The translations under genes and the position numbers were made by a program. Below, in pieces: positions 9,138 to 18,824 of a DNA stretch of 64,000 bases. The notes under the pieces are model-generated. The model did not search any database and was not told the origin of the DNA. It was given only the letters and a program-made list of their open reading frames with translations. This DNA comes from Promethearchaeati archaeon (lineage in GTDB: Archaea > Asgardarchaeota > Heimdallarchaeia > Heimdallarchaeales > Heimdallarchaeaceae): contig JABLTJ010000012.1 in NCBI GenBank assembly GCA_013166775.1, positions 18,132 through 82,131 on the forward strand. The letters run 5' to 3'. Position 1 is the stretch's first letter. The number at the start of each line of letters is the position of its first letter.

Positions 9138-9698
9138 TTAGGGTACAGCTTCTGTTGGAGTATATCCTGCAAGACCATACATAATTCTCGCTATTCCATT
9201 GAATATGAAAGTTAAAGATAGCAACAATATTAATGTTATAAATCCGTAACTAGTAAAGACTATTACAACTATACCAAGGAATATAGTAATCAAACCAACA
9301 ATGATTAGTAAAACTCTGAACCAACCAGGCAATTTATCCTCAGTTCCAGCAACCATTATTCTTAAAACACCATTTGTAATCAATGCACTAGCTAACAGAA
9401 TTATTAAAATATCTACACCTAGAGAAGGATAAGCAATTACTATTATTCCTATAGGCAGCATTAAAGTTCCCACAACTATCTTTAGTATTCTTATAAACCA
9501 TGATTGTGTTTTGTTGAAAATTCCATCTCCAATCCTGGACAAACCAAGAATTAATAATGAAATGCTGAGCAAGGTCAAAAGAGTTAAAGTTGCAAAACCA
9601 AAGTCAATTATTACAATAAATGCTAGTATAAGGAATATTACTCCTGCAATAATATTGAATAATCGCATCCAGAAAGATAATTTTTTTGTAGATGACAT
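9138..9698 (-). CDS. DUF308/HdeD-like membrane protein (paralog 2)
   Basis: Six TM helices; GLSRIGDG / NGVLRI / NGIARI repeats; LPGWFR motif. Confidence 0.75.
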   Translation of the reverse strand: MSSTKKLSFWMRLFNIIAGVIFLILAFIVIIDFGFATLTLLTLLSISLLILGLSRIGDGIFNKTQSWFIRILKIVVGTLMLPIGIIVIAYPSLGVDILIILLASALITNGVLRIMVAGTEDKLPGWFRVLLIIVGLITIFLGIVVIVFTSYGFITLILLLSLTFIFNGIARIMYGLAGYTPTEAVP

Positions 9699-9802
9699 AT
9701 AATAATAATTGTATAATATTTATATAAGTTTTTTTAAGAAAATGAATGTAAGATTCAAAAATTTCTAAAAAAGTTTTTATGAGAGAAGAACAATAGGATA
9801 TT

Positions 9803-10513
9803 ATGAGTTCTGAAGTAAATTTACAAACTAAAGAAAAAGTAATAATTGAAACAAAAATGCCTGGATGGTTAAGATTCTACAACATAGGCTTTGGATTAAT
9901 ACTTTTTGCAGGTGCTTTCGTAATCTTATTATTTCCTGAAATTCAACCATACACCGTAATTGCTTTTGCGACTTTGATAGTAATAATTGGAGTTTCTAGA
10001 TTAATCAATGGACTTTTTGATAAAGGTCTAAAAGTAAGCACAAAAGTCTTCAAGATAACAATCGGATTTATCTTAACAGGTTTAGGTATTGTTACTTATT
10101 TCGCTCCAGATTTTGGAGAGGACTTCTTTATTATTTTCGTTTCAAGTGCTCTAATCCTAAATGCTTTAACTAGAATGGCTATAGTCGCTATCCGAAAAAG
10201 ACTTCCAGATGCAGTAAAAGTGTTATTATTATTGTTAGCATTATTTATGTTTGCAATTTCTATAATAATTCTGCTAGTACTATTAACAGGTATTCTATCA
10301 GTTTTAACTGATGATCTATTAATAGGGTTGTTAGGTTTGACTGTACAGTTTTCTGGAATAGGAAGACTCATCTCTGGAGTTTCAGGATTTAGATTAACAA
10401 CCACAAAAACAGAAGAAGAATACCAAAAACAACAAAGAACCAAGAAAGAGAAGAAGAAACAAGCTAAACTGGAAAAAGAATTACGCAAAGAAAAACGAAA
10501 AGCAAAGAAATAG
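9803..10513 (+). CDS. DUF308/HdeD-like membrane protein (paralog 3) with a highly charged C-terminal tail
   Basis: MPGWLR, GVSRLING, GIGRLISG repeats; K/E-rich tail. Confidence 0.7.
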   Translation: MSSEVNLQTKEKVIIETKMPGWLRFYNIGFGLILFAGAFVILLFPEIQPYTVIAFATLIVIIGVSRLINGLFDKGLKVSTKVFKITIGFILTGLGIVTYFAPDFGEDFFIIFVSSALILNALTRMAIVAIRKRLPDAVKVLLLLLALFMFAISIIILLVLLTGILSVLTDDLLIGLLGLTVQFSGIGRLISGVSGFRLTTTKTEEEYQKQQRTKKEKKKQAKLEKELRKEKRKAKK

Positions 10514-10581
10514 AATAATAATCTTCCTTTTTCATATTTTTTCTATGTAACATATTTATACTTTAAAGAAAATTCATTATT

Positions 10582-11646
10582 ATGTTTTTTCCCAAGAAGA
10601 AAAGAAATTCTAAAGCAGGTTTACCTCCTGGAAGTATAGTCTATACAGGAGAGCGAGAGGCTGAAAGCATATATCTAACTGCATTAGGATATAATGAAAA
10701 AGACATAACACACAAGAAATTAGAAAAAATAGAAGAATTTTTTGAATTAAAAAAAGAATCAGCACAGAATTGGTTAATTGTCGAAGGAGTCCATCAAGTA
10801 GAAAATATTGAAAAAATAGGGGGAGAATATAATTTGCACCCTCTTGTACTAGAAGACATAGTAAATGTATTCGGAAGATCGAAAATAGATACATTTGATG
10901 AATATCTATGCATTATTATGAAGATGTTCCAATATTCTTCTGAATCAAACCAGTTAGAGGAGGATCAAATTAGTCTTTTACTTACTCATGATAGTGTAAT
11001 CTCTTTCAGCGAAAAACAATCAGAAATTTTTACTCCCGTAATCAACAGAATAATAAGTGGATATGGAAGAATTCGTAAAACAAAAAATGATTATCTGCTA
11101 TATTCTCTAATAGACATAGTCGTTGATAATTATTTCTTGGTTTTAGAGCAAATTGGTTTAGGATTAAGTGATATAGAGGAAGAATTAGTTTCGTCTCCGA
11201 ATCAAAATACCCTAATACAGATTCAATACCTAAAACGGAACATCATACATCTTAGAAAGACAATTTTTCCCGTAAGGGAGATTCTAAACAGTATAATTAG
11301 AGGGGATGCAACTATAATCGAGGATTCTACTATGCTCTATTTTCGAGACGTTTATGATCATGTAATAAGAATAATTGAAACAATTGAGTCTTACAGAGAC
11401 ATGGTTTCAGGATTATTAGACATTTACCTATCCAGTGTAAGTAATAAAATGAATGAAATCATGAAAGTATTAACTATAATTGCTACTATTTTTATTCCGT
11501 TAACATTTATTGCAGGAATTTATGGTATGAATTTCTTGTATATGCCTGAATTACAGTGGCAATGGGGATATTTGTTTGTCTGGATAATAATGATTATCAT
11601 TACAGGTTTCATGATATTCTATTTCAGAAAGCGGAAATGGATTTAG
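10582..11646 (+). CDS. corA: Magnesium/cobalt transporter CorA
   Basis: KAGLPPGS, LHPLVLEDI, MNEIMKVLT, YGMNF..MPEL signature. Confidence 0.96.
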   Translation: MFFPKKKRNSKAGLPPGSIVYTGEREAESIYLTALGYNEKDITHKKLEKIEEFFELKKESAQNWLIVEGVHQVENIEKIGGEYNLHPLVLEDIVNVFGRSKIDTFDEYLCIIMKMFQYSSESNQLEEDQISLLLTHDSVISFSEKQSEIFTPVINRIISGYGRIRKTKNDYLLYSLIDIVVDNYFLVLEQIGLGLSDIEEELVSSPNQNTLIQIQYLKRNIIHLRKTIFPVREILNSIIRGDATIIEDSTMLYFRDVYDHVIRIIETIESYRDMVSGLLDIYLSSVSNKMNEIMKVLTIIATIFIPLTFIAGIYGMNFLYMPELQWQWGYLFVWIIMIIITGFMIFYFRKRKWI

Positions 11647-11727
11647 TACTATTACTGAAAATTAGAAGAATTCATCACTAAATAGAAGATAGAGAAATAT
11701 CTGAAAAAATTAATATATTTTATTTAT

Positions 11728-12513
11728 TTAATCTATATCAGGGATATATTCTTCTTCCTTCAAAGCAAGATCAACTAGCTCGTTGTAAGCTTTCTTCACA
11801 TCTTCATCTTCTCCAATAAGTAAGAAATGTAATGATCCTTCACCTGAACCAACACCACTCGAACCTATTTGAAACACATTGATATCTGGATAGAGTAATT
11901 CAAATGCTTCGAACTCAGTGAAAACCTCTCCAGGGATTGGCATTATACCTATTGGTAAACCCATGGTGTATTCTTTGTCTATTGCTTTGTTGCCAAGAAT
12001 TTGTGATAATTCCCATACACTATCATCAATGGATCTAGACAAACTGATCGGAGAGATAATACTTATTCCTCTTGCTATTGCAATTGGAACAATACCACCA
12101 ATAGTACCTCCTTCAGGATGAGCAAGATATACGCCTGCTATACCATCGCTTCCTAATGTGTTTCCTCCCTTGAAAATCACATCTCCTGGTTCAAAAGACT
12201 GTAAAGCTTCTTTAAAGCTATCTACTTCCTTCTTTACACCTTTATCGATAACGACTTCTTTAAGTCTTTTTTCTCCTTTCAAGCTTCCTAATCTAAATAA
12301 ATCTCTCTTTTCTCCGGTTACTTGACCAGCAACATAGTGAGATTTGTTAATTGGTTCTCCAAGTAATTCTTCTAAAACATAAGCTGTAGTTGAACCTCGC
12401 GAAACAAATATTTTACCTTTTTCTAAAGCTTCTTGCACTTCTGGGTGTTGTTTAATTCCTCGTGCAATCAACCTTTTACATTCTGAATGAGTTAATACTA
12501 CTAAAGCACGCAT
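11728..12513 (-). CDS. Conserved hypothetical protein (possible RpiA/CoA-transferase-like alpha/beta fold)
   Basis: LTHSECKRLIARG, GSTTAYV, KGGN, HPEGGTIG, GVGSGEGS Gly-rich motifs; no confident function. Confidence 0.6.
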   Translation of the reverse strand: MRALVVLTHSECKRLIARGIKQHPEVQEALEKGKIFVSRGSTTAYVLEELLGEPINKSHYVAGQVTGEKRDLFRLGSLKGEKRLKEVVIDKGVKKEVDSFKEALQSFEPGDVIFKGGNTLGSDGIAGVYLAHPEGGTIGGIVPIAIARGISIISPISLSRSIDDSVWELSQILGNKAIDKEYTMGLPIGIMPIPGEVFTEFEAFELLYPDINVFQIGSSGVGSGEGSLHFLLIGEDEDVKKAYNELVDLALKEEEYIPDID

Positions 12514-12577
12514 AATTTTTTAGTTCAAGATAGAAATAAAAATGTTTCCAGAAAGAAGAAAGAAAAGAATACTCCCT

Positions 12578-15500
12578 TTAGAAGTATTCCTCAAAGTTTG
12601 TTTGAGTAAAAGGACGTATCGACTCAAGATCTTTAGTTAGAATATAAAGGGTATTGAAAACAAATTTCTCTTTTGGTTTTACAATTATATTTTTTGTATC
12701 ACTGCCCAATGTGGCAAAGGAAAGATCAGGTGAGTAAGTACCCACATTCACATATTTTTGATTAGAATAAGCAACTGTACCAAAGGTGTAATCGTTTTCA
12801 ATATTTTTGTATGCAGCCCATTTCACGTCATAATCTTGATGTCTACGAGCATATGCTTGAAAGTCACTAAGTTTGAAAGTAGTGATCTTTTCCTTAACCT
12901 CTGTATAGTATTCATCCTCAGGCTTTCCACTTGTTTTCATTTGTGCATCACTAAAGATTGAAAAAGTTCTATTAGTTTCAGAGTGATTTTCAACTATTTG
13001 TTGAAAAAGAACAATAGGTGAGGTGGGCAGAGTCAAATAGTTATTTATTACTTGTAATCCCTTAAGTTTCGATGAATATTCTATTATCTCTGATTTGAAG
13101 GATATACCTTTCCAATACCCTCTTTGAATTTTGGACCCCTCAAATTTAAGTCTATTATAGTTATATTCATCTCTTTGTGGTGCAGAATAAATCTCACCAC
13201 TTAACCCACCATAAAATTCATTCCACCATAAAAACGGTTTTACATTAGGATAAAAGGTTTGTAAGTAATTATCATTATTCTCAACTGAAAGATGATACAC
13301 TTGACCTCTGAATGAGGAATCAGCTTTGAAATGGAGAAATCCATTATCCACTATGAAGGTTTTTTTCGAACCCTCGATTACTTCTTGAACAGAGATTTCT
13401 GTTCCCTCATCAAAACAACATATTGCAATCGGATATTCATAATTTAATGATAATGTCTTAAAGAGTAGTTTTCCTGAGTAGAGTCTTTTAGTTAGTTTGT
13501 CAAAGTTAAACAGAACCTCTAATTTACTTGTTTTGGTTTTATTAATTATATACTCTTCAGGAGATATATTCAATTTTGGAAAATTCAACCCAATACTTCC
13601 TTCAAATCCTGTTTCTTTCTGTGTATCAATAGAAAGGACTACATTTTGATTTGATTTAGGAAGAATTATACCTCTACATAGGTATTTTAAAGTAGAATCT
13701 GAATACAATCCAATTGCTTTATAATCTGAAGGAGATCTCCAAAGTTCAAGTCTTTTTTCTGCAAGATTCAGATATTTTTCTTTCCATTTAAGCTGAATCT
13801 CTTGCCATGTATCAGCGAAATAGAACCAAATCATTGATGTTTCATATGATTCATTTACTCTAAGTTTTGGAATTTTTTCCTCAGTACTTTGGAATTTTAT
13901 TTTATCTAATCTATCAAGATTGTATAAACAGCCGACATACCCTTCAGGATATTTTCCAGCATTCCATCCTTCTTGAAAATCTTCAGGTTTGTTTGGATCA
14001 TCAATCGGGAGTTCTGGTAAGTTAAAGTATTTTATTCCTTCTTTGAAATGGAAAATAAGTTGTTCCAGCCTATCTCCTCTCCACCACCAGAATTCCGTTT
14101 GGACACCTAAATCACCCATTTCTTTATCTGAATTATTATCTAGTGTAAAGCATAAACCTATTGGCTCATCATCATTTGGTACAAATATCTTGCGAGTAAA
14201 CTGTATTCCTTTCTTTTCAGTTGAAGAAGCACTAGAATGCAACCAAATTCCATCTTCTGTAATATTAATTGAGTGATCAAGATTTTTTGTGTAAAATTCA
14301 CTTCCTTCAGTATCAAAAGGATAACCAAGAACCATGGTGAATCCAGTTCTTTCAAGATTTCTTTTCTTATCCCTAATTGTTACTAAATTTTCCCCTATCG
14401 AGTATCCTTTGTAATAACTCGCTCTTACATCTCGGTTTTCGATGAATACCTGTTGATCAATTTCATAACTAATCGCTTTGTTTTTCTTGAAAATTATAAT
14501 TGGTAATTTCTTTGAGATTATTTCTGTTTTGTCAATTGAAGAGACTTTAATCTCGAAATAATCTACATTTGTACTAGATTCTTTAATCTTCACTGGGATG
14601 TCTATTTGTGAATCATATTTTGAGAGTTTAATATTGTAATTCTTCTTTTCAAAATAGAGCAATTTACTATCTGCAACTGTAATTATTATTTCTCTTTCTT
14701 CTTCAAGAAAATTCGAGATTATAACGGGAAGGGTTACCTCTGTATTAGATTTTGATATGAAATTCTTAGGATCAGTCTGAATATCAACAGCATTTTTGGG
14801 AATTTTACCCAATGCAATTGGAAAAGAAACACCATTTAAGGAAAGTTGAAACACTAATTCATTCAAACTATAGATTTGAGGGAAAATCTGAACATCTAGT
14901 TCTTCTGTATCAGAGAGAAAAGATCCTGTATAAGTAAGTTCTTTCTGTTGATTTGTTAATAGTTCTATTGTTGCTTGTTTATCACCAGAGAATTTCAGAC
15001 TGGATGTTGAAGAAGCTGATAAAGAAATCTTAACGTTTTCTTCACTCTGGTTCTTTAGTAAGAGATTAAATGGAAATTCATCAATTCCAACAAAAGCTTG
15101 TGAATTAGGTGTTTTTGCTTGAATATGTAAATCAAGGTTTTTGAACTTAAAGTGAAAACCACTTATTCTTCCTATTGAGCGATCGATCCAAACTCTCAGT
15201 GATTCCCCTTCTTCTGTTTCAAAATAATATTCATAAATATGCATTTCATTATCTAGTTCATTATTTTGTTCTTGATTTATTACAGGTTTAAAGATATCAT
15301 ACCAAGAATAGATTGAAAAGAATTCTCTGAAAAGGGAATAATTTAGAATTTGAGGGATATAATTTTCCATATATACAGAGGTTCTTGGTCTCCATTTGTA
15401 TCCTTGACGTTTGTATAAAGGCATTGCTTTGAGATTACCTCCCCATGTATGTAATCCGATAAATCGTGCTCCCCGTTCCATAGCATACTGTGTTGCTTTC

Positions 15501-15847
15501 AGAAGGAGTGCTTTTCCTAGTTTTTGTCCTTGATAAGCTGGATCAACACCTATTATAGCAACGTACCATCCATCAGGTGTATCCCAACTTTTATTGCAAA
15601 TGCAAACACCTACCATTTTATTTTCATCATCAGGTGCATAAACAACAAAAAAACTACTCATATCCACTGATTTGTAGTAATCTTCAGCCCATTCTGCTGT
15701 AAAAACAAAGGAACCACCGAATCCTCCTGGCCATGAATCAGAATCCTTGAAAGAATTAAAACATCTTGCTAATTTTTCATACTCTTTCTGAGTTTGTTGC
15801 ATATTTTTAACAAGTTTATTTTTCTCATTGGGTGGAAAGAGAATCAT
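12578..15847 (-). CDS. Large multidomain protein with an N-terminal GNAT acetyltransferase domain
   Basis: GVDPAYQGQKLGKAL (acetyl-CoA motif A), LHTWGGNLKAMPLYKRQGY; ~900 aa beta-rich remainder. Confidence 0.8.
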   Translation of the reverse strand: MILFPPNEKNKLVKNMQQTQKEYEKLARCFNSFKDSDSWPGGFGGSFVFTAEWAEDYYKSVDMSSFFVVYAPDDENKMVGVCICNKSWDTPDGWYVAIIGVDPAYQGQKLGKALLLKATQYAMERGARFIGLHTWGGNLKAMPLYKRQGYKWRPRTSVYMENYIPQILNYSLFREFFSIYSWYDIFKPVINQEQNNELDNEMHIYEYYFETEEGESLRVWIDRSIGRISGFHFKFKNLDLHIQAKTPNSQAFVGIDEFPFNLLLKNQSEENVKISLSASSTSSLKFSGDKQATIELLTNQQKELTYTGSFLSDTEELDVQIFPQIYSLNELVFQLSLNGVSFPIALGKIPKNAVDIQTDPKNFISKSNTEVTLPVIISNFLEEEREIIITVADSKLLYFEKKNYNIKLSKYDSQIDIPVKIKESSTNVDYFEIKVSSIDKTEIISKKLPIIIFKKNKAISYEIDQQVFIENRDVRASYYKGYSIGENLVTIRDKKRNLERTGFTMVLGYPFDTEGSEFYTKNLDHSINITEDGIWLHSSASSTEKKGIQFTRKIFVPNDDEPIGLCFTLDNNSDKEMGDLGVQTEFWWWRGDRLEQLIFHFKEGIKYFNLPELPIDDPNKPEDFQEGWNAGKYPEGYVGCLYNLDRLDKIKFQSTEEKIPKLRVNESYETSMIWFYFADTWQEIQLKWKEKYLNLAEKRLELWRSPSDYKAIGLYSDSTLKYLCRGIILPKSNQNVVLSIDTQKETGFEGSIGLNFPKLNISPEEYIINKTKTSKLEVLFNFDKLTKRLYSGKLLFKTLSLNYEYPIAICCFDEGTEISVQEVIEGSKKTFIVDNGFLHFKADSSFRGQVYHLSVENNDNYLQTFYPNVKPFLWWNEFYGGLSGEIYSAPQRDEYNYNRLKFEGSKIQRGYWKGISFKSEIIEYSSKLKGLQVINNYLTLPTSPIVLFQQIVENHSETNRTFSIFSDAQMKTSGKPEDEYYTEVKEKITTFKLSDFQAYARRHQDYDVKWAAYKNIENDYTFGTVAYSNQKYVNVGTYSPDLSFATLGSDTKNIIVKPKEKFVFNTLYILTKDLESIRPFTQTNFEEYF

Positions 15848-15994
15848 GCACTTTCTTCCATAAAAATAGTTAATAAGATTACTATTTTGTAGAGAATTTC
15901 CTTTTACTTCTTTTTATATCGTTTAATACTACAACATACTTTTTAATATGAAAGAACCTACTATACATTCTGAGAGTACTTATTCGGTGCAATC

Positions 15995-16450
15995 ATGAGT
16001 AAGAATAAAGCGAATGCTGAAAAACTAGCAAAAATACCAAAAAGACCACCATTATTACGTTTTACTGTCGTAGATTTAAGTGGGTTAACTGTATTCCATC
16101 GATCCTTTGTTAGTGAAGTTTTAGATGAAGTTCTTTTCTCAGGTTTTAGTGCTGCAATGATTGCTTTTTCAAGAGAACTTGGGAGTGATTTACATTCAAT
16201 CAGAATGGAAGGAGTAAATTACTTTTTTCAAACAAGGGGGGATTTTATCTTTGTAGTTGGTATGTATCCAAGGGTTCATTCAAATAGCGCAAAACGTTTT
16301 CTCAGACTTATCAACAATCTCATTGCTTGGGATGAACTGGAGGGATATCTAAACAAAGCGATTTATTTTCAAACAGAGAATTTTCAAGATGAAGCTGAAC
16401 AGTTAATACTAGAATTTCAGATTAAATTTAAACATCTAATTCATACTTAA
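15995..16450 (+). CDS. Stand-alone longin-like domain protein
   Basis: FTVVDLSGLTVFHRSF...LFSGFSAAMIAFSREL...SIRM...FIFVVG: longin beta-hairpin, helix, then beta strands. Confidence 0.72.
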   Translation: MSKNKANAEKLAKIPKRPPLLRFTVVDLSGLTVFHRSFVSEVLDEVLFSGFSAAMIAFSRELGSDLHSIRMEGVNYFFQTRGDFIFVVGMYPRVHSNSAKRFLRLINNLIAWDELEGYLNKAIYFQTENFQDEAEQLILEFQIKFKHLIHT

Positions 16451-16526
16451 TAGCACAGTGAAAGAATTCACAATAAGTTTTAAAGTAATAAATTATAAAT
16501 TATAACACAACATTAGGTGTCCTTGC

Positions 16527-17774
16527 ATGCTAATAACAGAGAAAAAATCCCTCAAAATTCAAGAAAGGGACATGACTAATATTCTCAAGTTTAAAGAGAA
16601 AAACGAAATTACTGATCTAAATGTAAGAAATAAGAGAGTACTCGTAAGAGTTGATTATAATCTACCTCTAGATTCTGACGGAAATATAGCTGATGATAGA
16701 AGAATCAGATATACTCTTCCTACAATTTACTATCTTCTAAATGAGAACTGCAAGATAATTCTGATGTCTCACTGGGGAAGACCAAAAGGAAAGATTGTAG
16801 AAGAATTGAGACTTGATCCAATAGCAAGAAGATTAAGAGAATTACTGCCATTATACAGAATTTACAAAGTTGATGATTGTATAGGAAATGAAGTAAAAGC
16901 TATGGCAAATAAGCTAAATCAACAGCAAATACTATTGCTTGAAAATACTCGTTTCCATCCTGAAGAACAGAAGAACGATGATGATTTTGCTAAGGAATTA
17001 GCAAATTATGCAGATGTTTTCATAAATGAAGCTTTTGCTACTGCTCACAGGGAACATGCTAGCACTTGTGGAGTAGCTAAATTTATCGAGGAAAAAGCAA
17101 TTGGATTCCTCATGGCAAAAGAATTAAAATTTCTATCACATACAATTGCTGAACCTAATCGTCCAATGACAGCTATAATTGGAGGAGCTAAGATTGAAGA
17201 TAAATTACCTGCTATTAAAAATCTGATTGGTTTAGCAGATAATATTCTTATTGGTGGTTCAATTGCTTTTACTTTTCTTTTAGCACAAGGTTATGAAGTT
17301 GGAATGTCTCAAAAGGATTTAGCATATATTGACACAGTTAAAGAGTATGTTCAATTAGCAAACGAAGTAGGTACAAAAATCTATATTCCCTCAGATGTGG
17401 TCGCAACTGAAGATCTAAGAAGAATCATACCTGTTGAAATTGTATCAACTAAAGAAATGAATAAAAGACAAATTGGTGCAGATATTGGACCAGAGACTAT
17501 CAAGGAATATACAGAAGTATTAGGAAATTCAAAAGAAGTTCTTTGGACAGGACCAATGGGAATATTCGAACAGAAAGAGTTTGAAAAAGGGACAAAAGAA
17601 CTAGCTCAGTTCCTTGTAGAAAACAATATAACTACATTTGTAGGTGGAGGAGATTCCGCAGCAGCTTTCGAGAAATTTGACTTTGAGAAAGATATTTCAT
17701 TTGTATCAACAGGAGGAGGAGCATCTTTAGCGGTCATGAAAGGAGAACTCTTGCCAGCTATTGATTATCTTTAA
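16527..17774 (+). CDS. pgk: Phosphoglycerate kinase
   Basis: VLVRVDYNLP, SHWGRPKG, LLENTRF, TAHR, GGAKIEDK, DIGPET, GPMGIFE, GGGDS, STGGGASL. Confidence 0.96.
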   Translation: MLITEKKSLKIQERDMTNILKFKEKNEITDLNVRNKRVLVRVDYNLPLDSDGNIADDRRIRYTLPTIYYLLNENCKIILMSHWGRPKGKIVEELRLDPIARRLRELLPLYRIYKVDDCIGNEVKAMANKLNQQQILLLENTRFHPEEQKNDDDFAKELANYADVFINEAFATAHREHASTCGVAKFIEEKAIGFLMAKELKFLSHTIAEPNRPMTAIIGGAKIEDKLPAIKNLIGLADNILIGGSIAFTFLLAQGYEVGMSQKDLAYIDTVKEYVQLANEVGTKIYIPSDVVATEDLRRIIPVEIVSTKEMNKRQIGADIGPETIKEYTEVLGNSKEVLWTGPMGIFEQKEFEKGTKELAQFLVENNITTFVGGGDSAAAFEKFDFEKDISFVSTGGGASLAVMKGELLPAIDYL

Positions 17775-18774
17775 ATTCTTTCCATTTCTCAAGTAGCTTC
17801 TGTTCTTTTTTAGGATTTAGTCCACCTGCAAATCCGTAGTTGTATTTCTTGGGAGCGATTTTTTCCCATTCTAATATATCGATTATTGTATCCTTAAGTT
17901 GTCTAAAAGCTAATCCTTCAGCGATAGCTTTACCAATGTTACAGCTATTTGTCATTAATAATAACTGGTCACTAGTTGTCCAGAAAGGTAATTCTCTCCA
18001 TTGTCCAATCTTGTTTTTCAGCAAAAATTCATTAGAGACCCAAGTGAATTCCCCTTTACTTTTACTTACCTCTTTGCAAGTGTTCAAAATTTGACCAATT
18101 GTTAGCTTGTAATCAGGTCCTGTAACGTTGAAATCACCGCCTTTTCCTTGATTAATCATCTTGAAAACCCAACGAGCTATATCGGAAGCATCTATTAACT
18201 GAATAGGATATTCATAACCAACAGGAGCAAGAATTTCACCACCTTTTTCAACTCTCTTCACCCAATAAGAAAAGCGGTTTGTTTTGTCATATTTACCTAC
18301 AATCAAACCTGCTCTAACATTCAATGCTTTGGTTCCAAATACGCGATTATTTATTTTTTCAGCTAGTGCTTTATTTACTCCATATCGTGTAGCTAATGTT
18401 TTCTTCTGATTTACTCGTGTAGGTGTAGTTTCATCAAAATTAGGTTTTACTTCAGAATAAGTTTCAATGCTTGAAATAAATGTGTAGTGTTTGACTTGGT
18501 CTTTAAGTAGATGAGTAGATTCTTCAACAACTTGAACCAAATTTTTCATATAACCTATGGTATCAATAACACAATCCCATTCTCTTCCCTTAAGAGATTC
18601 CAAATCCCCTTTCTTTCTATCTCCAATTAATTTTTCAACATCAGGATAGATTTCTCTGTTTGATTTTCCTCTATTAAAAAGAGTAATCTCATAACCTAGA
18701 TTTAGAGCCTGTTCAACGAAATGTCTTCCAAGAAAATGTGTCCCCCCTAGTATTAAAACTCGCATTATGATCAC
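17758..18774 (-). CDS. NAD-dependent epimerase/dehydratase (atypical SDR)
   Basis: LILGGTHFLG, LFNRG, YGVNK, RAGLIVG; 3' end overlaps pgk convergently. Confidence 0.9.
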   Translation of the reverse strand: MIIMRVLILGGTHFLGRHFVEQALNLGYEITLFNRGKSNREIYPDVEKLIGDRKKGDLESLKGREWDCVIDTIGYMKNLVQVVEESTHLLKDQVKHYTFISSIETYSEVKPNFDETTPTRVNQKKTLATRYGVNKALAEKINNRVFGTKALNVRAGLIVGKYDKTNRFSYWVKRVEKGGEILAPVGYEYPIQLIDASDIARWVFKMINQGKGGDFNVTGPDYKLTIGQILNTCKEVSKSKGEFTWVSNEFLLKNKIGQWRELPFWTTSDQLLLMTNSCNIGKAIAEGLAFRQLKDTIIDILEWEKIAPKKYNYGFAGGLNPKKEQKLLEKWKEFKDNQ

Positions 18775-18824
18775 TTGACATTCGATGTTTTATGCAATCG
18801 ATAAAGGAAGAAATAAACGGACAT

